Origin: Mytilus edulis
Taxonomy: Eukaryota
DNA length: 64,000 nt
Direction: 5' to 3'
NCBI RefSeq assembly: GCF_963676685.1
Contig: NC_092354.1
Span: forward strand, 38,936,001-39,000,000
Shown: positions 33,238-43,529 of the stretch, in pieces
Position numbering within the stretch: position 1 is the stretch's first letter
Layout: every line of letters begins with the position of its first letter
Program-made: the position numbers and the translations under genes
Notes under the pieces: generated by a model
Told to the model about the DNA's origin: nothing
What the model saw: the letters and a program-made list of their open reading frames with translations, nothing else
Database searches by the model: none

Positions 33238-34787
33238 TTAATCATAGGTTAGTCTCTGTGGCCGAATAGATATCCTGTTTGATCTTCTCAATATTCTTGG
33301 TGGTTGTTGTTGTGCTGGGGCTACTCGTCTGTTATTTTCACGTGGTGGAAAAAAATAATTTATAATTTCTTGAAGCCTTTCATAAATTGCGATGAGGATA
33401 TATTCTACAAATTAAAAAGTAGTAAATACAGAGATAGATATTAACTTAAACAGTTTTTTTTGGTGTATTAACAAAATCTGCAATTTCTATTTCGGATAGT
33501 GAATCTGCATCGACATTGAAGGAGAATTGGTGTTGGCGGAAATTGGTTTTTGCAGTTCTCTTCTTTTTGCAGATGCAAAATAACATCAGCGACAAGAGCA
33601 TAACACATGCTAGAGATGCTGTAAAGATAAATTTGAATATGTCACTTACTTTAAAAATTATAAAATATATTGATATATATAAATAGATTAGACCATTGGT
33701 TTTTCTGTTTGAATTGTCTTTATAGCTTACTGTTTGGTGTGAGCTTTTGCTCTGTGTTGAAGGTCATACTTTGATCTATAATACATTGGCACTCATACCG
33801 CATCTTTTTCTTATTTATAAATAAGTGTTTTTATTAGAACATGTATATATTTTTATTTTATTTATTTATTTTATTTTTATATTGTTTGTCAATCAAATAA
33901 ATAAATTAAATTTAGATACTTACCAAAAATCATTATAAGAATGATCTTAATATTATCTAGACCCTTGTCTTCCTCCTGTGCATGTGGTGTTGACTTCTGA
34001 AATAAAGAAATAAAATCATGTATTTCATGAAAATGTTGATATTAAAAAATCTTATCCTTCACATTTTAATTTGTTTTTAAGCACTATACTATAGAGAATA
34101 CAAATTGACTCGTTCATGTACATGTATTTCCTAATAAAAATAGAAAACAAAACGGACGTTTTAATTAAAAAAATATCAGATAAATGCTTACCAGTTGTTT
34201 ATCAGTGGTGCCGATTGACAATGTGGATCCTGGTGTTACTCTTGTTGCTGCTGTTGTTGTTGTAGAAGCTATGACTCCATTCTGTAAAAAAAAAATATAC
34301 ATAATGTAAGAAATGTTTTACACAATAAAATTAATAAATAATATATAAGATCTGCTCATAGTTTAGGTTGTTTCTAGTCACTTTACATATAGAGACAATA
34401 CTACGTGATTACTTTAAAGCTCTTATTATTCTGTTATTCTTTTCTAATTTCCTATATACTTACATCACAATGTATACCATTAACAATTGTTATTGTTTCT
34501 GGTGCTGCTAAAACATTGCTGCATTTAGAATTTCCTTGTTTGATCTCAATTGAATGCAGGTCTCTATTATTTGCAAGGTCCAATTGTCCGGCAACAAAAA
34601 ATCTTTCGAATACGACTTTCTTTACATCTAGTCGGATTCTGGTGTTGTAGAGCCCTGCTCCAGTCCATCTGCAATGGAGAGTATCCCCCTCCACTGTGCA
34701 TACATCTCTCAATTCATGCGAGCATGAAACAGCTGACATTGTGAAACAAATGATGATGAATATAAACATGGTGTTGATGGGTGACAT
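33238..34787 (-). CDS. Spliced type I membrane protein: exons 34787-34464, 34281-34192, 33996-33924, then 33618-33446 (219 aa) or 33404-33238 (217 aa)
   Basis: Signal peptide, 4-Cys ectodomain and Thr-rich stalk. TM IIILIMIF-type stretch continues into ASLACVMLLSLMLFCIC-KKKR across the junction. Donors gtaagt, gtaagc, gtaagt with pyrimidine-rich acceptors and matching phases. Confidence 0.8.
33683..33815 (-). mobile_element. Decayed host SINE-like repeat inside an intron of the Polinton membrane-protein gene
   Basis: atagattagaccattggtttt..ggtgtgagc..gtgttgaagg..cattggcactcatac matches host copies at ~43978-44180 and, inverted, ~49715-49905. Confidence 0.75.
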
Positions 34788-35370
34788 TTTGCAAATATTT
34801 TGAGGAATTAAATACCCGGATGAGAAATAAAAACAATAGTCTAATTAGGGAATAAATTAGGGGTAATTAATTCCGTGATATATGGTTGGGATAAGAGTGG
34901 TAGATGGATAAGGTTTAATTAATGTTTGAGTATGGATTGTTTTAATAAATAATAATAATAGTTTTTACAATATACGCTAGGGTTAGGGTTAATTAATATA
35001 TTTTCAATTCTTATTCATTTTTTGTTACAAATGAAACTTAAAAGTTTTATAAAATTTCTTCTCTCAACGCGAAGTCATTTAATCTTCTATTTTTTCAGTT
35101 TTACTTTTAACTTCTTTATCCAAAATATTAACAATTTAAATTGTCTATATGTTAAATGCGATGGAAAATAAATCAAAACATTCTTTTATAAGTGAAAAAA
35201 CAAAATTTTCATTTAATATTATACAACAGTTATATTATGTAATTTTCTTGACGTCTGCAAAATGCAACGTGTGAAAAAATCAAAACAGTCTTTTATATTT
35301 CTACAAATTTTAAAATCCAATATTTTGATATTATTCAACAAATATATTATACAATTTTGCTAGCGGGAAC

Positions 35371-35425
35371 AAATTTTTGTCAACGTGGCAAAAATATTTG
35401 CTGCTGCCACACAATATATACTACT
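35371..35425 (-). repeat. Right terminal inverted repeat, perfect 55-bp part (degenerate similarity continues to ~34978)
   Basis: Exact reverse complement of 17495-17549. Confidence 0.95.
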
Positions 35426-36010
35426 CAAAGTGCACATATTTTATGCTTTTGATTGCCCTTACATGACCATATACCTCATACTGATGTTTCTCTCTACTCG
35501 TTAAATATTTTCGCATTTTTTCTTTCCTCAGTTTTTTTTCACCGTTACTTTTTTTTTTACCTTAGAAAAGGAGACACAACTTAAACAATCAAACTAATAA
35601 ATCGAAACAAACTAAGAGCACCATGGCACCCTTCCCTAACAAAAGGGCACACCCACATTCTTGTTTCCACAGCTTCTATAAATATAAGCAACAGCGGCCA
35701 GGTAACCAATGTTCAAGCATCTAAGATCACGTTTAAAGACGATTAAATGTTACAAAACTCGTGGCTGGAAAGGGGGGGGGGGGGGGGGGGGTTTAGATAG
35801 CAATTACACAGAAAGGAGTGAGACTGGCCCTATCGACAGGGTTAGCATCTCCAGTTATGCATTGATCACGTCAAAAACCTATGCGAACCCACCCTTATCA
35901 GAATATCACATAAAAAGCATGTACACTTTTACAGTAAGAAAAAATTCACAGAATGCAACAGATACCGGAAATATTGGTGTAAATACCTTTTCCTATTAAG
36001 TACTTGCTAG

Positions 36011-36502
36011 TGTGATGGGATTGCTTCCCTTAGAAAAACTTAGAAGATACTTAGTCAGCCGTAAGCGGTTGAGCTAAGGAAGTCCTTCTTTAGCTCAGTC
36101 GGTTAGCGTGCTGCCTCATAACACAGAAGTCCCGGGTTCGAGTCCCGGTGGGGACAAGCAATTTTGTAATGAAATTCGTGCTCTCCGGGTACATTGGCGC
36201 CCAACAATAATAACCCACGGTTAGAAGAATTACCTAGCCAGGTTAAAATATAAATATTAAAAAGATGAAGATATCATCATTATAGAGTATAATGACTCTT
36301 GAGGTGGGGGAAGTGTGACGGGATTGCTTCCCTTAGAAAAACTAAGTAGATACGTTAATAAAGTCAGCCGTAAGCGGTTGAGCTAAGGAAGTACTTCTTT
36401 AGCTCAGTCGGTTAGCGCGCTGCCTTGTAACACAGAAGTCCCGGGTTCGAGTCCCGGTGGAGACAAGCAATTTTGTAATGAAATTCGTGCTCTCCGGTTA
36501 CA
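36011..36502 (+). mobile_element. TRIM-type non-autonomous LTR retrotransposon with tRNA-derived LTRs (Ajax-like)
   Basis: LTR1 36011-36193 and LTR2 36314-36502, both TGT..ACA. PBS TGGCGCCCAAC at 36195, PPT GAGGTGGGGGAAG at 36301-36313. Flanks CTAG/CTAC. Confidence 0.88.
36082..36156 (+). pseudogene. tRNA-like sequence in LTR1 (second copy at 36391-36465)
   Basis: A-box TAGCTCAGTCGG, T-arm CCGGG-TTCGAGT-CCCGG. Acceptor and anticodon stems pair poorly. The anticodon-position triplet differs between copies (CAT vs TGT). Confidence 0.75.
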
Positions 36503-36770
36503 CTACTATAACGTTGATAGCATAATAATTTCAAAAAAATATCGTTACGTTTAAGACAAATTACCGGAAATGCAAGGTCGGGTTGGGAACCGATTAAATA
36601 CGGACACAACCAAAAACACACAAAATTTTCGTTATTGTTACGTTTTCTACGTAAGCGTAGCCATCACCTTCTCAAAATACAAAATAGAAGTTATTATTTG
36701 TTAACGTGTCTATCAAATGCTATGAGGTGAAATCGATTTATTACAACATTGAATGAAATATTTTTTCTAG

Positions 36771-36989
36771 GAAATTTCGTTGGGAATGATGATTCTAGAT
36801 GTAACAGGAAAAGAATTGCCTGCTATCAAAGTATTTACTGAATCAATAAGATTTCTCAAAGACCATTTTCTTGAGATGTTTACCGACAAAAAGTTAGGAT
36901 TTACTATCAACGATGTGTTCTTTGTGATTACCGTTCCTGCCATTTGGAGCGACGCTGCAAAGCAGTTTATGAGGGTGGCCTCTGAGAAG
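36771..36989 (+). CDS. HSPA12: HSPA12-like paralogue 2, coding exon 2
   Basis: ttttctag acceptor, VITVPAIWSDAAKQFMR motif, donor AAG|gtaatc, phase 0/0. Confidence 0.9.
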
Positions 36990-38107
36990 GTAATCTATCT
37001 TCAACTGATCTATATTGTAGAAAAAAGTGCCGAGAAAGTTCAAGGCCTTCACAATCGAAAAGTGTTATGACCAAAACAGTCCTAAAAATAGCAATTAAGT
37101 GGGAACGACAAAGCCCCCCCCCGGCCGTTCGTTGAACATTAATCTTATTGCCTACCCCCCCCCCCCCCCCCCCCAGATGGTGTCTGTTCGGATGTGCTAT
37201 GTTTATAAATAAAGTAAAATATCAACAAAAAAGACCACAACCCAAAACGGAGAGTCCTTTATTGAATTGGCAAAAATCATAGGCTCCAACACACTTAATG
37301 AATGGTAAACAACCGTCATATTCCAGACTTGGTACAGGCAAAAATAGTGGATTAAACTTGGTTTAATAGCTAACTAAACCTCTCACTTTTAAGACAGTTG
37401 CATATAATTCTGTTATAGTGATAGCAATATGTAAATACTCTGCGACATCCTATTGGGAATAAAGAAGTTTAAACTGATGGACATGAATATTATCACAACT
37501 TCATCCTCATGCAAAACAGTTGATTATTTTTATCAATCTTACAGGTACTGCATTTTCACGAAAAAGTCCCAATTCAAGAGCCTGTTGGTCAGTAGATGTC
37601 GTTTGTTGGGTGTGTATACGTTTCTCGTTTCTCGTTATTTTAATAGCCTTTCCCTCTATGATTTGTTTTACACTAGCAATTTTGGAGTGCTTTTTAGCTT
37701 GCTGTTCGATGCGAGTCAAGTCTGTTTTGAAGGCCATACTTTTACTTTATACACAATATGACTTTGATGGAGAGTTGTTATTTAGTAATAGGCAATCATA
37801 CCACATCTTCTTATTTATAACTTGACACGTAATAGAGATTACTTGTTTTCAGTTTTATATAATTTAGAGTTAGTCCACAGTTTGTCCCAATTAAACTTTC
37901 TTTGGTATATTTTTGTTTTATTTTGTTTGTTTATGTTTTTTTAGGGGTTGGGTGTGGAGGTCAAGTCTCATTTCTGTTTATATACCCTTTTCGTGTTCAT
38001 TACAGGATGGATTTTGCAATTTTGAAATAATCTTTAGGTCCGTATAAATTGTTATAATTTTCTGTGGAATGTACTGACAACACACCCCAGCACACGAAAT
38101 ACTTTAA

Positions 38108-38315
38108 GGGGGTAGACCTTGGTTCAGGGAGATAACTCTTTAAATCAGTTAAGCGTTTGTAAAAGTCAAGTTCATCAATGTTTTTTAAGCATTTACCTGA
38201 AACAGATTAAAAATAATCTATGTAACCTAGAAGCTTAGAATATGTTTTTGAAAATGGTTGACACAAACGTACTGATGATTTTAAGAGTTATTTCCCTTAA
38301 CCTAGGTCTACCTCC
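38108..38315. mobile_element. TTAA-flanked MITE (Kolobok-like)
   Basis: TTAA|GGGGGTAGACCT...AGGTCTACCTCC|TTAA. Confidence 0.75.
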
Positions 38316-39161
38316 TTAAGAACCAACAAAGATGCAAATAGGCTAACATATTTTTTTAAAAGATATTTGATATGACAGGCAAAATCACTTCTAATGTTTC
38401 TATCTCTTATTTGAAAAGTTCTCAAAAAAAAAAAAATCCCTGGTGGTCCTTGGAGAAAATTTGAAGGTGCCAACGATTAGATCTATTGCTAAATACAAAG
38501 AGTATGTCGATTCTTTCTAAAATTTTGAGAGACCAAACCTTCGGCCCACCATTTTTCGAGAACTCTATTTGATTCCGATTGAACAGAGGTTATTTAAATT
38601 AGACTGAAAACATCAAATACTTCAGTAGGCTGACAATACAAAATATAAACAAACATTGTTTACAAAATCGCTAAATTGATTTTATAAAGTCAAAATAGTT
38701 AATATTATGCATCAATGACTCATTTCTATATTAATTTGTGATACTATGTGATGTCGAAATAAGCATTTCCTATGTTTAAGGAAGTAGTTTTAAAAATACA
38801 TAAAAAATATTTAGAAAAAGGTTGACACTTAATTTTTGGTTTAATATATTATGATATTGAATTTTATGATTTTTTGGCACTATTTGAAATAGAAATGAGG
38901 GTCTTGATAGGGTTGATAGAATAACAGCTGAATAAAATGGCGCCAAAACAATTGGAGATTAGAGAAAATAGAACAAGTTGATACGTTAAGTATGGGTTAA
39001 TTATTTGTGAGGTCTTTGGTGGTATTGTACTAATTTTATGCATTGACTTATTTCTGAGATTCAGGAACATATCGGAGTCAGTAAGGGCTGACAAAACTAT
39101 TTTTTTCTTCCAGTATTTACTAAGAAAAATATTGTTTTTTTCCAATCATCTAAAAAATAAG

Positions 39162-39326
39162 CAGTGGTGGATCCAGAAATTTTCACAAGTGGGGGCCCAC
39201 TGGCTGCCTAAGAGGGGGCCCGATTTCATCACGTCTCAGTGATTCCCTATAGAAGCAACTACATTTTTTTCTCAAAAAGGGGGGGGGGGGGGCGGGCGGC
39301 CCCCTGTCCCCCTAAATCCGCATATG
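39162..39326. mobile_element. Short MITE with 5-bp TSD
   Basis: ATAAG|CAGTGGTGGAT...ATCCGCATATG|ATAAG. Confidence 0.7.
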
Positions 39327-39564
39327 ATAAGGTATGCATATATATTAAAAAAGTAAAACAACAAAAATACCAAACTCCAAGGAAAATTAAAATTGGAAAG
39401 TCCCTTTATATAATAATAATTAAATTTTGGATGTAACGCGTCTTCTGATTGGCTGACGTTATTTTGTTATGAGCCCATAGACATAATTTACTTATGTGAC
39501 CGTGACGTCATCAACGTTTTTTCATGGTTTTCTACGGTTTAAAATGTAATTTAGAATTAAATTA

Positions 39565-39719
39565 TAAGAAATGACTGTAATATTTTTTCTGTCTATTCGA
39601 AATAACATAAAAAATGTGGTGCACACTGTTAAATAACCCGCTACGCGCGTTATTCAGTGTGCACCAATTTTTTTATGTTATTTCTTCATAGACAGAAAAA
39701 ATATTACAGTCATTCCTTA
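39565..39719. repeat. Long near-perfect palindrome (fold-back element)
   Basis: aatgactgtaatattttttctgtcta...gtgcacactg / cagtgtgcac...tagacagaaaaaatattacagtcatt around a cgctacgcgcg centre. Confidence 0.85.
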
Positions 39720-40411
39720 AATTATCAAAAATATCCATCGAATGGAAAACAGTTGTCATATTCTTGTCATGATACAGGCGTTTCCTTATGTAGACAATGT
39801 GGGATTAAACCTGGATTTATAAAGTCTTAACAAGGGATGGTTTGTTTCCTGAATTCTAAGTTTACCGATAACACGAGAAAAGGCGATCGTTATCAATTTT
39901 ATCTATTGATATACTAACAGAATATCCTTCCTGAGCTATACCTAACTATATACATGATGATCAAATGAATAAATAAACAAAAATGAATGAATGAATGAAT
40001 GAATGAATGAATGAATAGATAAATAAACAAGAAATAATTGAATGTGTGTATGCGAACATGTAAGAATGAAGGTTAACCGAACAAGTGCAGTGGGGGTCCA
40101 GGTAGAGTATAGGGCGTACCAACCCTCCCTATCAATTACAACAAAAAAATAAGGGGGTGGGGGCTTAAACTTTATATTTTTTTCACGATTTATTAATTTT
40201 TCTTTTAAATCATCCAAAAGTCTTTTGCCTCGTTTTACGTTCGGTATTTGAAACGTTTTATTGAAATTACGGACCCAACTTAAAAATATCCTCTTCTGAA
40301 ACGAACGAAAAAAGAATAAGAAAGAATGACTTAATTGTATCTTTTATTATACAGGAACAGAAATTGACAAAAGATGCTTGCAAATTAATGAATGAAATTT
40401 TCTACTCTCAG

Positions 40412-40550
40412 GCAGGAATAAAAAGTTCCCAGATGATGTTAGCCTATGAACCAGAAGCGGCAGCCTTGTTCTGTAGTCTGTTACCCGAGGATCAAGGAAT
40501 AGCTAAATATTTCCAGGAACGACGAAGACTTATGATAGTAGATCTGGGTG
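40412..40550 (+). CDS. HSPA12: HSPA12-like paralogue 2, coding exon 3
   Basis: ctctcag acceptor, AGI..LAYEPEAAALFC..MIVDLG, donor G|gtaagt, phase 1. Confidence 0.9.
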
Positions 40551-40774
40551 GTAAGTATTATGAGAGGGAGCAAGATATCTTTTCTGGACGTCGTGGTGGG
40601 CCTTTATTTTGTGGGAATTCGGGATTGGGCCTATAATTTCGCGGGAACTCGGGATGGATTTGCACCTACATATATCAAGACTCGGGAATTATTAATTATA
40701 TTTTTAGGATCCAGGGAAATACTTTTGTTTTCTATTTCATTTAGACTAGTATTTTTTTAATTTTTGCATTGAAT

Positions 40775-41272
40775 CGTCGTCCGTCGTCGTTAACTTTTAC
40801 AAAAAGCTTCTCTGAAACTACTTGGCTAAAAAAAAAAAGAACATAGGGGTAAAATGCAGTTTTGGCTTATATCTCTGAAACCAAAGCTTTTAGAGCAATT
40901 CGGACATGTGATAAAATTGTTTATCAGGTCAAGATCTATCTGCTTTGAAATTTTCAGATGAATCAGGCAACCTGTTGTTGGGTTGCTGCCCCAGGATTGG
41001 TAATTTTAGAAAATTTTGCAGCTTTTGGTTATTGTCTTGAATATTATTATAGCTAGAGATAAACTGTAAACAGCAATAATGTTCAGCAAAATAAGACCTA
41101 CAAATAAGTCAACATGATCAAAATTGTCAATTTACCCCTTAAGGAGTAATTGCCCTTTATAGTCAATTTTAAGCAATTTGTCATAAATTTAGTAAATTTT
41201 GTAAATTTTTATTCGTTTATGATATGCACATAGACCAAGGTGAGCGACACAGGCTCTTTAGAGCCTTTAGTT
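40775..41272 (+). mobile_element. Helentron-associated non-autonomous element remnant
   Basis: 5' cgtcgtccgtcgtc microsatellite and 3' ggtgagcgacac plus hairpin aggctct-tt-agagcct. A second 3' end lies at ~41657-41690. Confidence 0.55.
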
Positions 41273-42447
41273 GTAGTATCTAATGATATCTTATATTATA
41301 AAATATCGAGGCTTGCTATCCTTATCATCGACGCCAAGTACTTCAACCAATCAGAAAATGTTTATTTGGGGCATTCGACCTATTTTAACTCAGATTTTGG
41401 AATTTTTCAATCGAAATTATAGAAAAATGGAATGTTGTTAGTACATATAAAATAGAAAATGATGAATACTTTTAGCTAAAGAAAATTTGGATGGAGCTCT
41501 GTGTATTTACATTATTTGCACAACTCTCCTTACTGGTGCCATATTTTGGAATTTCCGTGACCTAAATGGTTCGCGAAAATTAATATTTTTATATATAGTA
41601 TAGTAATTATGATTTTAACCTTATTTTACATGATTTCCAAAGCATCAGTAAATACAGGTGAGCGACACAGGCTCTTTGGAGCCTCTAGTTTTTACTAGAT
41701 GTATGAAGATACTTTCATTTGAAATACAGAAATATCAATAAAAGATAATGTATCCATATGTTGTAATGTTTATGCCCTTTGGGGCCCATAATTGGAAAAT
41801 AAAAATATCTTATCTTATATATATAGCGTGAAAGGCAACTCATGGACAACACTGTAGCTTGTACCTCATATGAGTCACGCAGTTATCTATGCGTTGAAAA
41901 AAAACCAGTAATTTTTCATGATACAAACCGTATTCGACGTCCATATGTCATCAAAGGTTTGACAACAAAATTGAAGTCAAATGCACGACGAACAGACTAT
42001 AGATTAGTCAACAATAGAAAGCTAAAATGTAATACATAAAAACTACAAAATACAACCGAAGTTCATGACCACTTATCTATGCACACACACTCTGTTTGTC
42101 TGGATCATTTTATTTGATAAAATATCTCATGGTATTTGTCTCAGTCAACATCACATAAGAAGGTTATACGCTAAACGCTTGATAAAAGACAGTGTTTTAA
42201 AAAATAAAAAAAATAATTTTAAAGCTTAAAGTTCAGAGCGACGATCATAATCAAAATATCGTATTGAAACATATTCCGCGTGGGGGAAAAATCATGTGAC
42301 TGAGTAATCTGCCGAGTGATTGCTCGTTCATTATGATTGAGTGATAATTAGAGTCCAACGACAAATATTACACGGTTTCCGCAACTTTTAGCATGAACTT
42401 TCTGTGTTTGACGTATCACATTATGAATAGCACTATTATCATTACAG

Positions 42448-43529
42448 GTGGTACGGCTGATATAACAGTTGTCAAAGTAATAAAACGTGAAGAGAAACTG
42501 ACCTATATAGAGCACGTGTACAGAGTCACAGGAGGGGCGTGGGGCGGCAACCAAGTCAATAAGAATTTTGAAAAATTCTTAGAATCGGTATTCGGTAATG
42601 ACGTCATGGACGAGTTTAAAAGAGACTATCTGTCTCAATATTTGGAGATGATGAGGGACTTTGAAGTGCAAAAGAAAACACTTTCAACTTCCGGTACGAA
42701 AACCGGTGTCGGAATCAGATTTGGAGGAGACCTTCGTCATATTTTTAAAAGTAAGCGAGGAAAAGATATTAAAGATGAATTACAAGACAAACTTAAAGGT
42801 ATGGTTAGAATTACAGGAGACAAATTACGATTTGACCTAGCAATCTTCAAAAGATTTTTCCAAGACTGTGTAAAAGAGATTGTCAATCACATAAATGAAA
42901 GCTTTTTGAAAAGAGGATGTGCTTGGCCGTCTGCAATGATACTAGTTGGTGGATTTTCTGATGCTCCTGTAATCCGGGAAGCAATTGTTGATGCATTTCC
43001 TGTTATAAAAGATGTTGTGTCTCCCGTGGCGACTTCATTGGCCGTTTTAAAAGGATCAGTTATTTTTGGTCACGAACCAGCAATAGTTACTGGCCGAGTC
43101 TGTCGCGAAACGCTAGGCCTCACACTCCGTCGGCCATATGTGCCGGAAGGTCAAACTGAAAAGAAAACGTTTAAAATTGATGGACAACTTCGAGCAGATA
43201 AAAGTTTTCAAAAAATGTTTTCAATAAATGAAATCATTAAACTTGGACAAACCCGTACAGTGGCAATACAAGATATTCATACAAACAAAGAACTACGAAA
43301 ACATCCGAAGATTATCGAAGTGTACGCCTCACAAGACGAAGATCCTGAATATATCACGGACGCTGGTTGTTCCCTTAGAGGAAAAATCACTGTTAATCCG
43401 CCAAGCGGTAAATGGCCGGAAAATGCGGAAGGTTTTATTGATATGGAAACCGGAGGAACGGAAATTATCGTACGGTACCGAGACAAACATTCGGGTCAGA
43501 TTACTGAAGAAGCGATAGATTTTATGTGA
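42448..43529 (+). CDS. HSPA12: HSPA12-like paralogue 2, terminal exon (spliced product 590 aa)
   Basis: ttacag acceptor completes DLGGGTAD. Exon lengths 333+219+139+1082 = 1773 nt form one open frame. Confidence 0.9.

Larger units (their letters stand above)
17495..35425 (+). mobile_element. Full-length Polinton/Maverick (endogenous adintovirus-like element), 17,931 bp
   Basis: Termini AGTAGTATATATTGTG...CACAATATATACTACT. TSD CAAAGT at 17489-17494 and 35426-35431. Encodes integrase, two capsid proteins, protease, ATPase and pPolB. Confidence 0.97.

Noticed and set aside
36082-36465. Two functional tRNA genes (Met-CAT, Thr-TGT)
   Set aside because: Stems are imperfect, the anticodon differs between otherwise near-identical copies, and both are embedded in LTRs.
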